Shown: positions 1 through 15,311, counted from the stretch's first letter. The stretch is 64,000 bases of DNA from Octopus vulgaris (GCA_951406725.2 OX597829.1:31372001-31436000), one strand, 5' to 3'. Notes: generated by a model from the letters alone, not told the origin. A program made the numbers and translations.

Positions 1-1735
1 TGGGACGGCATAGTTGCTTGAGAGCAGCGCGACACTCGCGGTACCATTCGCCCTTCCTCGGCCCCTTTTTGATCCACGACTGCAGTTCGGTCATGGAGAC
101 GAGTTGCGGGAAAGCGTGCCTCACAAACGGCGACCACACCTGTTTACCGTCGTCTACGTAGAGCCGGAGATGTCGACGTCTCAGCGCGTGTCTGCGCATC
201 ATTAACCACGGCATACCCAATCCTCCTTTCAACGGGTGTTGGCAGCAAATGGATCGCCTGACCATCGGGACGCATCCTTTCCACAAGAAGCGGAAGGGAA
301 TGCGTTCTAGTTTGGTGATGGTAGGGTCGGGACAAGGCACGACGGTCAGGCGGTAGTAGATGACGGATGCGATGTACGCGTTCGCCAGCTCCGCCCGGCC
401 CTTTAGAGACAATTTCCTCTCGGCCCATTGCCGGGCCAGAGTGACCACCCTACTCGTTATCTCGTTCCAGTTCTTCTCCATTTGGAGGTCCGGACCAAAG
501 CACACCCCGAGCAACTCGACCTGACCGTCGGTCCAGCGTGTCACGACGGAGATGCTGGTGGATGGCATGGGCTTGCTTCTCCAGGTGCCGAGCCGCAAGC
601 CCACTGACTTTTCCCGGTTGATTTTCGCTCCTGTCACCGCTTCGTAGTCTTGCAGTGTCTCGTCGACCAGCTCGATGTGCTCGTAGCTAGATACTATGAC
701 GGTAACGTCGTCCGCGTATGCAGACACGCTCGTCCCGCATCCCAATTCTCGCGGGATGCCCCCCAGAGTCGCCAGCTTCCGCAGTAATGGCTCGAGAGTC
801 AATACTTATAGAAGCGACGAGAGGGGGCATCCCTGACGGACCGAACGTGCAATGTCGAAAGGTATAGATAGATGTCCATTAATGCGAATTACCGAATGGA
901 TACCTCTGTACAAACCAGCCATGCAGCCGCGGAAGACGGAACCGAAACCAGCCGCTCTGAGGACAGCCTCCAAGTATCGATGGTCTACCCTATCGAAAGC
1001 TTTAGATTGATTCAAATTGATCAGGGCCCCACCCATGCCAGGTTCCTTAACTACCCAATGATGTTGAGCATCAGATGGAGGTTGTCATGGATGCTCCGGC
1101 CCAGCACGGCGCACGTTTGCGTCTTGTCGACCAGTTTCTCGATGACAAGCGCCAACCTCTTGGCTAACACCTTGGCCAAAATTTTCGAGTCTGCATTAAG
1201 TAGAGTGATGGGACTAAAGTTATCTATTACGTCCCCCTTGTTTAGATCTTTCTTCAGCAGTGTTACGGCTCCTCGGCTCACAAAACCATGGATGACCCCG
1301 TTTTGCTGCCAGTTGCAGTACACCGCTGCCAAGACGTCTCCAAACAAGTCTGGCATACAACTGTAAAGCTTGTAGGGTAGACTATCGAAACCCGGCGATT
1401 TGTCCCTCGAGCATTCTGCCATCGTCTCCTGCACTTCCGCCGTCGTGATGGCACCTTCGCAGCGCCCTGCCTCTCTTGTCGAAAGTCGTGGCAGGCTGTC
1501 TAGGTAGGCACTGAAGTCCACCCTACGTTCTTACCCGCCACTCGTCCCGAACAATCGAGCAAAATGCTGTTGAAAGGCCTCACACATTTTACTTGGCTCG
1601 AGTAATTCGCGCCCCTGTTCATCTACCAGAGACCGAATGGTGGCTTTGTTGCCCTGTTGCGCCTTTGTCACCTGGGCCTCTCGCGCGGCTCCAATACCTT
1701 CGTTCCTTAGATCACGCATCCTAGCTTCTGACAAC
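1..1735 (-). pseudogene. Decayed non-LTR retrotransposon (L1/Tx1-clade LINE) reverse transcriptase region
   Basis: Minus-strand ORF pieces 1531-1737, 1051-1521 and 806-1036 give KSPGFDSLP, TLLNADSKILAKVLAKRL, QSKAFDRVDH and RQGCPLS; SVSAYADDVTV reads at about 731-699. Stops break the frame; the segment is GC-rich relative to its flanks and runs off the window start. Confidence 0.92.
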
Positions 1736-1736
1736 A

Positions 1737-1748
1737 TAGATAAATAGA

Positions 1749-1841
<93 letters not shown>

Positions 1842-1849
1842 GGATAGAT

Positions 1850-1884
<35 letters not shown>

Positions 1885-1943
1885 AAGACAGACAGACAGA
1901 TAGACAGATAGATAGATAGATAGATAGATATGTAGATAGATAT

Positions 1944-2028
<85 letters not shown>

Positions 2029-2040
2029 CAGATAGATAAG
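1737..2040. repeat. (GATA)n/(GACA)n compound microsatellite
   Basis: Direct reading. Confidence 0.97.
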
Positions 2041-2226
2041 ATTAGATTAAATAGTCCATTTTCAGCGTGTGGATGTTCTTTAGTCCTAGATGTGCTCTGG
2101 TCGAACAAACAAACGACTAAAGGCATTTCATTCGTGACGATTCCATCTTTATTTTTGTCAGTGCCTCTGTGACCATGCTATCCACTGTGTAGATGTTTTA
2201 ACCCCCCACCCCCACCCCGTCTATAT

Positions 2227-2631
2227 ACTCTCTTTTTTACTTGTTTCAGTCATTTGACTGTGGCCATGCTGGAGCACCGCCTTTAGTCGAGCAAATCGAC
2301 CCCAGGACTTATTCTTTGTAAGCCTAGTACTTATTCTATCGGGCACCTTTGCCGAACCGCTAAGTTACGGGGACGTAAACACACTACCATCGGTTGTCAA
2401 GCGATGTTGGGGGGACAAACACTGACACGAAAACATTAACACACACACATATATACATACATATATACGACGGGCTTCTTTCAGTTTCCGTCTACCAAAT
2501 CCACTCACAAGGCTTTAGTCGGCCCGAGGCTATAGTAGAAGACACTTGCCCAAGGTGCCACGCAGTGGGACTAAACCCAGAACCATGTAGTTGGTAAACA
2601 AGCTACTTACCACACAGCCACTCCTTCGCCT
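2227..2631 (-). mobile_element. tRNA-derived SINE, family A, full length
   Basis: Minus head AGGCGAAGGAGTGGCTGTGTGGTAAG (A box), GGTTTAGTCCC (B-box-like), CCTTGGGCAAGTGTCTTCTAC core, internal TA/TG tract; homologous copies at 7276, 22520, 23933, 26686, 57385 and 63325. Confidence 0.88.
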
Positions 2632-3342
2632 ATGTCTAATTTTGCAAACCTGAATATTCCAGCTCTGGCCATTCTGTTTTTTAGGGTGTGTGTCTGTTTA
2701 TATATTAGGTCTCTTGCTATTTTTTTGATAGTCAAGGGACAGCATAAATTGTCTTTCGTTGACTTGATATTGGTTTAATAAAGAGGAGAGGAAGAGAGAG
2801 GGAAAGAGAAGGAGAATAAAAAGGCAAAAATAAACAAAGAAAAAAACAAACGAAAACAACAACTGGTTTAAATTTTTTATTTTTTTACATTTTTATTTTC
2901 TCATCGTTTTCCGTTATTTATATATAAACTGTTTATTACTTTTATTTTACAAACATCGCCTGTTTAGCAAGTTACAATAAATTTATAATAAAGACTGGAT
3001 AATATGCAATTATTATTCTTGTTATCGTTATTACTGAAAGGGAATTAGGAAGAGGAGAAGAACAAGAAGAGGAGGAGGGAGAAGAAGGGGGAAAATTACA
3101 TCGTTCAAAAAAATAAACAAAAAAATTGATAAAAGTAATTTGACAATGACAATCAGTAATTATACTCACAATAATATTTAATTATAATCAGCATCACTGG
3201 TTAATTAATATGCAATAATATCAACAAGAACAAAAACAAAATATATTAGTTTGCAGCAGTATTCTTCGGGAGATGTACTTTTACGTTGTTTTTTTTTTTT
3301 TATTATTTTATTTTGCAGTCTTTGATTGAGATAGTGGAAGAG

Positions 3343-3421
<79 letters not shown>

Positions 3422-3429
3422 AAGAGAGA

Positions 3430-3725
3430 GGAGAGAGAATGCGAAATAAAAAAAAAAAAGACTGCAGGAATTTATTTGGGAAGACCGTGTTTCGTTTTAA
3501 AAAATTATTAAATGATAAATTTATATTATATATTTTTTAAAATCTTTTTAGAGATGACAAGAGAGAAAAAAAGAGAGGGGGGAGAGAAGGGAGAGAGAGA
3601 GAATGCGAAATAAAAAAAAAAGACTGCAGGAATTTATTTGGGAAGACCGTGTTTCGTTTTAAAAAATTATTAAATGATAAATTTATATTATATATTTTTT
3701 AAAATCTTTTTTAAGATGACAAGAA
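3430..3725. repeat. Tandem duplication, about 164-bp period
   Basis: GAATGCGAAATAAAAA...GACTGCAGGAATTTATTTGGGAAGACCGTGTTTCG...AGATGACAAG occurs at 3437 and 3601. Confidence 0.9.
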
Positions 3726-3895
3726 AAAAAAAAATGACTCGCAGACAAACGATTTTCATAAATATCATCCATTGATACTATATTTTATCGACGTCGGCTC
3801 AATGAAAGCTAGGTTGAATTTTGCGGGATTTTAACTCAGAGGGAAGAGACGTAACAAAGTACCACATACACACACACACACACACATGCATGCTG

Positions 3896-3955
<60 letters not shown>

Positions 3956-4043
3956 TATATATATACATGCTATGTATATATGTATATATATGTATATACA
4001 TATATATATATTATGTATACATATGTATATATGTATATATGTG

Positions 4044-4149
<106 letters not shown>

Positions 4150-4184
4150 TATTTATATATATATATATGTATGTATGTATGGAT

Positions 4185-4620
4185 TTATATGGTGTTGAAA
4201 TTATAATGGTTTCCAATAGAGCAGCCGATGACGGGATGTGTACATTTACTCAGATAATTGTTGTTGCTATTGAGGTGTTTCTATAATCGTTTGTACGTTT
4301 CTCTTTTCACTTCGTTTGTGTAGGTATATTTTTTTACCATTTCTGGTAAAGTTACCTGTGATAAACTGGTATCTTATCCTGGTGGATATTTATCTCTCAT
4401 CATCTCCCCGGTTGTAACCCCAGTTGTATAGGGTTCCTCCATTTGCTGTTATGGGTCTGAAACTAGTTTTAAATGGTCTTTGTTATCTTTTATTTAATTT
4501 CATGGCTAAAAAACGATAAGGATCCTGTAGAGAAATGGGTCCTTATGATCAGTTTTGTCGGATCTTGGTGGTTACAGAATTTATTCGGTCGGGTATATTG
4601 CTAGTAATTACACGGAAGTG
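4185..4620 (+). mobile_element. Probable Penelope-like element fragment next to a (TA)n tract
   Basis: 4338-4402 is the reverse complement of the unit repeated at 18745-19095; weak decayed hammerhead-like string at 4220-4268. Confidence 0.4.
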
Positions 4621-4666
4621 GACTTGTGACTCACATATCCATACACGTGTGTATGTGTGTGTGCAT

Positions 4667-4700
<34 letters not shown>

Positions 4701-5106
4701 TTGTGTGTGTGTGTGAGTGTGTGTATGTGATGGTAATGATGATGATGATGACGGTGATGGCGACGACATAGACAATCTTGCTATATTAAAATTATAAGAT
4801 GAGAGAAGAAAGCGAAATGACACTTTCATTGTTTCCAGCTATCAGAAAAGAAAGTAATGGCTTGAAATCTCACTTTGAACCCGAGGTGCTCAGCTGGGTG
4901 GTGGAGCGATTACACGATGGGAATAGGGTTCATTAGTCGGTCGTTTGGTTAGTTGCCTGGTTGATTGGTAAGCTAATAGCCTGGTTGGGCGGTAGATACC
5001 GGTAGAATGTTACAATAGAGAAAAAAATTGAAAGAAAGAGAGGCTGAAGGGGCATTCATACATTTATGCATATATATATCTGTACACACATATACGTACA
5101 TATATA

Positions 5107-5236
5107 CAGGGTCTCCCAAAAAAATGTATACACATAGTGGTTCGGCAAAAGAGAACGATAGAATAAGTACTAGGCTTACAAAGAATAACAAATTTACAAT
5201 TATTTAAGGTGTGTATACATTTTTTGGGACACCCTG
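5107..5236. mobile_element. Tc1/mariner-type MITE with an internal SINE-A fragment
   Basis: TIRs CAGGGTCTCCCAAAAAAATGTATACACA / TGTGTATACATTTTTTGGGACACCCTG with TA on both sides; interior 5139-5188 matches the SINE-A body. Confidence 0.8.
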
Positions 5237-5306
5237 TATATAAATAGCATATATTACATAATATATATGTATATATATACACACACATATATATACATAT
5301 ACACAA

Positions 5307-5355
<49 letters not shown>

Positions 5356-5762
5356 CATACACACAAACACACACACACGCACATATATATAATATGCATT
5401 ATACATTATATAGAGACATACATATATACACATACGCGCATCTACGCAAATAAACACTCACACGTACAAAGACATGCACCAACGTTCAAGGAAGCCATAC
5501 TCCAATGAAGGAATCAGTACATTGTAAACGTTTGGCATATGTATATATATATACAAATACATGCATACATACACTTATGTACGTATGTGTGTATGTATGT
5601 ACGTATGTATGTACGTATGTATGTATGTATGTATGTATGTATGTATGTATGTATGTATGTATGTATGTATGTATGTATGTATGTAGGTATGTATGTATGT
5701 ATGTATGTATGTATGTACAGTATGTATGCATGTATGTATGAATGTATGTATGCGCGTGTGAG

Positions 5763-5937
5763 TGTGTGTTTTCTTAATTTTGTTTCAGGACTTACAAGAT
5801 ACAACCTGTTTCACAATGCAAACTTTATCATCTTCAAAGGTAAGAATCAGTTTTACCTTTGAAGACGTATCTGTTTACACAGTGAAACAGGTTGTACCTT
5901 TTAAAGTTCTGAAACAAAATTAGGAAAAAAAATCACA
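5763..5937. repeat. Imperfect fold-back (MITE-like hairpin)
   Basis: TAATTTTGTTTCAG...ACAACCTGTTTCAC...TCTTCAAAGGTAA pairs with TTACCTTTGAAGA...GTGAAACAGGTTGT...CTGAAACAAAATTA around a short loop. Confidence 0.8.
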
Positions 5938-5950
5938 TTTACACACTAAT

Positions 5951-6028
<78 letters not shown>

Positions 6029-7005
6029 TTGTGTTTTTTTTATTCACATACGTGCGTATAGTATGCCCACCTAAATACTTCATACATACTCCTACATACA
6101 TAACTTGCATATTTTCACTATCCCATCGTGCGCGTAAGCATTATTTCATCACTCAATCCATTCAGTAAATCTATCGATAAGAGACATACATTTATACCTA
6201 CCTACCTACATACATACATACATACATACATACATACATACATACATACATACATACATGCACATACATAGACACATTCATACGCATACACGCACGCACG
6301 CACGCACGCATGCACACACACACACGCACACATGTATACATTACATATTGCATTATTATACACAAGCTTCATGACAGATACAGACGACGCCCGCGTATAA
6401 TTGTAGAAATACCAGGCCATTGTATTTTCGTTCGTTTATGCAGCTTGCGGCGCAACATGAGAAACTCTAGAATATAAAATATACCATAAAAAGAGAAAAT
6501 ATTTGTGTGCGTGTGCGTGCGTGTGTGTTTGTGTGTGTGTTATCTATGAATGCTTTTGTGTGTGTGTATGCATGTGGGACGAACAATAAACATGAAAGCG
6601 ATTAAATCGCTTTTCTTTGTATTTTCCATTCTCTTTTTTTTTTAATGTCAGACTACAGGTAAACTTGCATCTGATTAATTCACATCTAAATATTTCAGTT
6701 CCCGTACCTGTATACACACACACACACAGTGGGAGGGGTGGAGAAATGGAAGAGGGGATTTTACATACACACACACACAAATACATTTACAAATTCTCTC
6801 ATAGGCGCCGCTCCCCCTCAACTCCCCCCTCATTCCATCTCGTCTTTCCTATCCGCCATTTGTCAAGCAAGTAAAGAGTGTACTGAAAGACTCTTTATGG
6901 AATGTTTGTCACAAACTCATAACCTTTATTGTGAAATGCAGATATTTTCTTTATCTAGCCATCTACCTTCCTTTTTCAATCTACCTTCCTCTCTTTATAT
7001 ATTCA

Positions 7006-7094
<89 letters not shown>

Positions 7095-7116
7095 GTCTGT
7101 CTGTCTGTCTGTCTGA

Positions 7117-7206
<90 letters not shown>

Positions 7207-7275
7207 GTCTGTCTATCTATCTGTTTGTCTGCCTGTCTGTGTGCGTGTGTGTGTGTGTGTGTGTGCGTGTGTAAT

Positions 7276-7803
<528 letters not shown>

Positions 7804-8214
7804 CTTCCAGACCGTCCGTCCGACCGACCATTGGCCCAACTGGCCCACCAGCCAATCAACCAATGAAAAAGCTGACCACTTGGTTCTTTGCTAAGTTACA
7901 AGACAAATATTTGTTACAAACGCCGAAACTCTCTGACTTCTAACACACATTTTCCTACAAAATGGTTTTGGAGCCCACTCGTTACCACGGCATTTCTTCC
8001 GGCTTTACGTTCTGAGTTCAACTGACCAGTCCCCGACCCCAAAATTTCATGAGACTATCGTAGAAGGATTGTAGTAGTAGTAGCAGTAGTAGTTGTTGTT
8101 GTTATTGTTGCTGCTGCTGCAGCTGCTGTTGTTGTTGAGACAGTGAGCTTGCAGAACTATTTCAACACCATAAATTGCTGGTGTTGTACCAAAATTTGGG
8201 ATCATTATTTATAT

Positions 8215-8381
8215 TAGTAATGGTTTCTGATGTAAGAACAAGGTCAGCAATTTTGTCGGGAATTGGGTAAGTGTCGATTACATTCACCATAGCATTCGAC
8301 TGGTATTTTTAATTCGACGACCCAAAAGAGATGAAAGGTAAAGTTGACCTAGGTGGAATTTGAACTCAGAACGTAAAGAGT
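8215..8381 (-). mobile_element. Old SINE family B copy interrupted by the DNA transposon at 8382
   Basis: GATGAAAGGTAAAGTTGACCTAGGTGGAATTTGAACTCAGAACGTAAAGAG matches family B; it continues briefly after 9525. Confidence 0.7.
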
Positions 8382-9517
8382 GGATCTTCTCGGTTTGGCT
8401 GCCAGCATCAATTCTGTTCGAATTGATTTCATATTCAGGGCAATGATACACTTTTATAGTCTAATTAATGAGGCGAAAGTAATTTTCGATATAAATCAAT
8501 GAATAAAGAGTTATTAGCAATTAAAGTTTGAAAATTTTGGTAATTTTAGCCAATCGTAAGCCACGGACACATTCCTGCCTGTTTCGATAGTAGGAAGCGG
8601 AACATGAGAACTCTTTTGTCTCTCAACGTGCCTGTTACTATAGTAACAAGCGAATCCAAGCAGTCTTTGAAAAGTCTGCTATCTGCGAGGAAGCTCGTGT
8701 TGACAAATTTTACGGTGTTCTTTGTTCTGTGTGATTATGGCAGCAACCTCCATCCGGTAACTTCGTCTCTATTACGGAAACATTGAAATCAGAGAAGGAT
8801 ATTTTATAAATTAAAACCGAAAGTTAAATGTTTATTTTTGAGCATATTTTGTTCACTCTTATTTTCATATATATCTTATAAACATGTACATCTTGTGGAA
8901 CATTGACATTTTATAAGATTTTGCTGGCAAATTTTAAAACGGACATAAACATTTATTTACACGATAAAAATTACCGGAGAACTTTCATCTAAAACTTCCT
9001 AGTCTTTTTGTTAAAAATTGTAAAGTGTTTCTCGCATGTAACGTGTTGTTTATCGCATTTGCATTAAATGCATATTGAATGCTTAAATGTTTGTTTACTC
9101 GTTTCTTTTTGTCATTGAGCATTGAGGTGGTTGTGTTGTGTGCTAAAAATAACAGCTAAATAAATTTTTTTTTTTTTGGATAAATCTTTTAAATTAACAT
9201 AAACATTTATCTACACGAAAGAAAATTACCGGGGACATAACAGGTATTGCTTACAGATATTGACAACACGTGTGCTACTTTCAGGATGACGACAAAATGT
9301 GCAGTGACGCACAAAATGACAGCTTCCAAATCCTGTTTCCTGACTGGGCGAAAATTATCAAACTTTAAACCTCTATAACTTTTTAAAAACATTTTTCTGG
9401 AAAAAAAATGAAGTAACTCCAACAATTCAGTTTCTGCAAGTGTATTATTGTGCCAAATTTTGAAATTTTCGGTAAGCTTAAATTTTTGAAATGCTGGCAG
9501 CCAAACCGATAAGACCC
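8382..9517. mobile_element. Non-autonomous DNA transposon, 1136 bp, 27-bp TIRs, 8-bp TSD (Merlin/Mutator/hAT-type, unresolved)
   Basis: Left GGATCTTCTCGGTTTGGCTGCCAGCAT versus right reverse complement GGGTCTTATCGGTTTGGCTGCCAGCAT; exact TSD TAAAGAGT at 8374-8381 and 9518-9525; no transposase ORF. Confidence 0.88.
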
Positions 9518-9918
9518 TAAAGAGTAGGATAAAATACCACCGAGGAATTACCCCCCCCCCCCCCCAACCACCTACTCTGTAACGATTTTGCTCTGACATA
9601 ACTATTGACTAATTAAATTCATTAAAAATGTTGTCTCTTATGAAGTACTTTTGTGAAACATGGCCGATTTTTTGACTTTTTTGTTTGTTTTTGAGGAATT
9701 AAAACGTTTATTATGTCTGACAGTCTATGCTTCTCCGCCCCCCCCCATCTCTCACTCCCTCATTGTATATGTACACAAAACACACACGTATACATACACA
9801 CACATACGCACGCACGTATGCACCCACGCACACACATACATACATGCATACATACATACATGCATACATACACACATACATAGATACATACAGACAGACC
9901 GACAGACAGACACACACA

Positions 9919-9952
<34 letters not shown>

Positions 9953-10408
9953 CACACATACATACATACATACATACATACATACATACATACATACATA
10001 CATACATACATACATACACACATGCACACATATATAAATACATACATACATACATACAGACATACATACATACATACACACATACATACATACATACATA
10101 CATACATACATACATACATACATACATGTATTGCATGTGTGCGTCCGTGTCTCTAGTTAAGACACGGAGACCCACTTATTGAACAACTTACGCAAGTGGG
10201 GTGGGCAGTTGAATTTTCATTATGTATGGTGGAAATGTTGATTTAAAACACGCTCACTCGCACGCGCGCGCACGCATACACATACACAAACATTCTAAAT
10301 ATACAGGGTAAATACTGAAATATTAATATTGATACAAACATACATGCGTGTGTGTATGTGTGTGTGCGTGCGTATGGAAATATATCTATATGTGTGTCTA
10401 TATCTATA

Positions 10409-10462
<54 letters not shown>

Positions 10463-11994
10463 TATATACTTATAAATGAATATATCTATTTCTGTATTCA
10501 TATATATATATATATTATACACCTACTCTCTCACACACACACACACACACGTATACGCACATGCATACATACACACGCATGTATTTATACTTACATACAT
10601 ACATGCATACACACATACATACATAATACATACAATACATACATATATACACACATATACATACATACTCCCCGTACACCCACACACTGTTCGACAGAAG
10701 AGAGAAACATGTAGAACGACTGACAAGTGTCAACTGACAAAAGAACCCTACCTCTCCCGACGCCTCCCCACGAGTTCCAGCGAACAAGCCTTACCTACCT
10801 ACCTAATAGCATTATGCGTGCCTTCACTGGCAATAACAGCAACTATTGTGCTCCAGGTCTTTGCTTTCTTTATTTTCACCACCACCACCACCACCACCAC
10901 CACCATCACCATCGTCGTCGTCGTCATCATCGTCGTCGTGGTCGTCGTCGTCATCGCCGTCATCTGGTCGACAAGATTTGCATGTTTTTTTTCTAAACAT
11001 TCATATCACCTGTAACGTAATGTGACGTGGCCTGCTTGTGTCTAATCAGTATTAGGAGAACGAGTTGTCCCAGTTATTTAAGGCCAAAGACTCTGGCAAA
11101 ATACAAGTTCTCTCCTCCACCACCACCACCACCATCAACACCGTAACAATTAAAAAAAAACAACTACAACTGAAACTATAATTCCAAATACTGCTACTCT
11201 TACAACTACTTACACGAACATCACTCAGACTAATCAGCAACAACAATAACAATAACAACAGCGACAATAATAATAGTAACAAAAACAACAACATCAACGA
11301 CGAGAACAAAAACAACAGTAAGATACAGATCAAACGAAAAACTAGATGTACTTCGAAATGTTTGTCGCCATTTCAACATGGCTGCTCCGTACAAACCGAC
11401 GTTGTACAAACAGTCATGTTTAAGTGGCCACAAACATTACTCCTCAGTATAGTTACTACTTCCATCTCTTGTACAGATTTTCTAACTAGCTACTTATGTG
11501 TACTTCCCTATTCTTGTACCCATTAGATCCCATTCCAGATTTGCACCTACAAAATAAAGCCAGGTCGGACATGGGAGCATGCGTTGTTGCAGTGCATCGT
11601 TGCATCCACTATTTGTCGGTATTTTGCAGTGTCCCAGTCAATCCCCAATATCCACGAGATACTTTCCTCGTCCGCTTGTGATCACGTGGTATGTGGTCGA
11701 CCAACACGAACCGTCAACTCCAGCCGGATCCTCAAGGAGAAAAGAACACCATACACAAGGATTCCAATTCGGAATGTTGAGCAACATCACCCCAAAATGT
11801 TGGAGCTGGTGCTTCTAAAATCATACAGGTAACAAGAGGGACGAACGCATCTCAGTTTCAGAGATTGGGATGGGAGATATCTTGGAAGGACAATGACGAC
11901 AAACAGGGGAAGTAACTAAATTAAACATGGCGTCACTTGTCAGAAATTAGTTTCTTCTTTCACCCCACTCTTCGTTTATTAACATATATATGCG

Positions 11995-12062
<68 letters not shown>

Positions 12063-13722
12063 ATGTATGTATATGTGTGTGTGTGTGTATGTGTGTGTGT
12101 GTGCGCGTGTGTATGTGAGTGTGTGTATGTGTGTAAATGTATGTATATACACATGTATATATATATATGTGTGTTGTTAGATAAGTGTAACACACGAAAG
12201 TTTCGGACTTTGAGTCACTTTGTAATTTCTGCCGATAACACACATACACACACAAATCGCAGGATGTGGACACTTTTTTTATTATCGGCATACAAAAAAT
12301 GGGAGTCTGAGATTCGATGAATGTCGGCTTGTCCTTGCCCGAGCTTACTTCGTTGCAGTTCTCTACTGTACGTCATCTTCATACGTAGAAGAAATTCATC
12401 GCAAGGTCAAATATTGAACCAGTGTGTTTCGAAATTACGAAAAAATTATGTATATATATATATATATAAAGAAATATTGCCAAAATTCATCAACTATAAA
12501 TGTTATGTCTAATCATACCTCAACATCATCATTATCATCATCATTATCAACATTGTTGTCGTTTCCTTATTATGAACACCATCACCATCACCACAACAAC
12601 CACCATTTCTGTCTCTCTGCATGTCATTGTTAATGGAAGTACTGTTGCGTGTAAAACCTTGTATTTGGACAGACGGTTTTCATTTTTCTAACAACATTTT
12701 TGACCTTTTCGTAGAAATGGTATGGAGCGTTCCTGAGTTTTTTCTTTTCCTTTTCTTGTTTTTTTTTTTTTGTGGGGCAAATGGAGGCGTGGGATATGAA
12801 ATAAATTCGTACATAAACGACAGTGGGAAAACGTAAGAGCCTCAATATTCGTAAATTTATATATACACATACTCACTTAAACTTCACGCGTACACACACA
12901 CACACACGCACGTACACACGCATGCACACATGCACGCGCATGCACACATACACCTATACATATGTACACAAGTGAATGTATGTGTGTGCATGTGTGTGCG
13001 TGTTTGTGAGTGTGTAATCTAGAGTGTTACATATATGCAAGCCTTATCTCTCTCTCTCTCTCTTAATATATATATATATATATACATATGTGTGTGTGCG
13101 CGTGCTTCAGTGTGTGTATATGTATGTGTGTGAAACTGACTTAACACAAATCACGACGCACACACATACATTCTCACACATACATGCATACATACAAAAA
13201 CCTTAAAAACGCAAAAGCCAAAATAATAGTTTGTAATATCAGCATTGAAAATAGAGGAAATGCAACGTTATGTTATTGAGAAACTAGAAATAATTTACAA
13301 CATAAGTAAAAAAAATTGCAGTTCCGAACGCTAATCAAACCTAGTTTGCACGATTCTATTATCTCCCCCACCCTTTTTTTTTCACCATCCGGCAATAATT
13401 ATCTCTAAAATCGGTACAACACCATAAAGCTAAATACGGTTTCCGCCAACCCGTCTCTCACCAACGGGATCGTAATTACATACACCCTGCTTCAATGGAA
13501 CATAAACCTATATTTACATTATCATGAAAAGGAGCTTTTGCTCGAAATATTGGTGGTTTTTTTTTTTCACCGCAACTCTTCATCTCGTGGCAAATACATT
13601 GACTTTACACAAATTTTTTATTACTTTTCTATCCACAGGATTTCATATTGCCGACGCCGACCCATAGTCGATTCTCTGGAGCCAGAATTTTATCACACAC
13701 ATATACATACATACATACATGC

Positions 13723-13769
<47 letters not shown>

Positions 13770-14340
13770 CACATACATACATTACATACTCACATTTACT
13801 CATACATTGTGTTATGTTGAGATGCTGAGCGAGAACTAATCAAAGGTTTTTTTTTTCTTGTCTCGCTTACAATAATAGGAAGACAGTCATATTTTGGGTA
13901 AACAGCCATACTATTAATATCTTCTTTCGTTTATAATTTAGTTCAACAAAGGGAGTTAGTAACAATCGTCTTTCCCATGATCTTCATGGCACTGTAATTA
14001 GGAGTAGGGGGCGTAGGCACCGATATGCAATGTTAATGTCGTTAACGTTCCGTTTTCCAATTTTAACTTTTAAGAGAGTTTAATATATACATATATATAT
14101 ATTTGTGTGTGTTTTTGTGTACGCACGCGCGTGTGCATGTACTGGTGAGGGTTGGTGGTTTAGGTGGTGGGGAGGGCTTGCTTTAATTTGATTTATAAAG
14201 CATTATATCAACACATTTTTCTTCTCTCCTTTTTTTGATTTTTAAAAATTTCCTTCATACAGAACATATCAAAATGTTTTATATATTTATATATATTTTT
14301 CTTATACGTGAGTGCGTGTGTGCGGGTATTATATACATTC

Positions 14341-14412
<72 letters not shown>

Positions 14413-14671
14413 ATTTCTAGCCGAAGGTTGTGGCTATTCTAGAGCACGGCCATTAAAGATATCGTGTGTGTGACAGTGTATATATGTACGTATGTATATA
14501 CATATATATACACATATATATAAATATATATAGATAGATAGATGTGTATATGTATGTATGTATATTCACTCTTTACCCAACTATGTTTTTGTCAGCCGTT
14601 ATTGTAATGTATTTGTGTCAATTACAACAAAACCATATTATAGCTGCTGCTGCTACTACCACTGCTACTGT

Positions 14672-14738
<67 letters not shown>

Positions 14739-14930
14739 GCTACAACAACAACAACTGCAATTTTTATGCATCATCATTTCTTGATCTTCAGTAACACTCA
14801 CGCACGCACGCATATTTGAGCAATGTTCATTCCGTTGTATTCCTGAAAACTGATAGGGGATATAAAGCCGAAATTTTGATTTTGTTTGCATTCCAATAAA
14901 TCTAATAGCAGCAGCAGCAGCAGTAGTAGC

Positions 14931-14968
<38 letters not shown>

Positions 14969-14998
14969 CAGCAGCAGCACTAACACCACCACTACCCT

Positions 14999-15033
<35 letters not shown>

Positions 15034-15311
15034 ATAGGTAAGAGTTGCAGTTTTATTCAGAGGGGAGGTTAGTTGTAGATTGGCGAATGTATATATTTAT
15101 GCTCAGATACGTGATTCTCCCGCATGGAAATAAGTGTGTGTGTGTGTGTCTGTGTGTTAGTGCGTGTGCGCGCGTGCGTACGTGTGTGTATGTGCGTGTT
15201 TGCGTGCGTGTGCACATGCACGAACGAGTATTTATGAGCGCCAGGTGCATTTTACAACGACGAGTGAACTGCATTATATGTATAAATGTGTATGAGTGTG
15301 TTTTATATATA

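Noticed and set aside
872-1366. 164-aa plus-strand ORF
   Set aside because: Antisense to the LINE reverse transcriptase.
2560-2631. tRNA gene calls for SINE heads (also 28877, 42420, 56540)
   Set aside because: A/B boxes are present, but they run into SINE bodies in multiple copies and no full cloverleaf is evident.
11496-11832. Three overlapping short plus-strand ORFs as a protein-coding gene
   Set aside because: No recognisable motif and no frame stands out; kept only as part of the possible regulatory/UTR zone.
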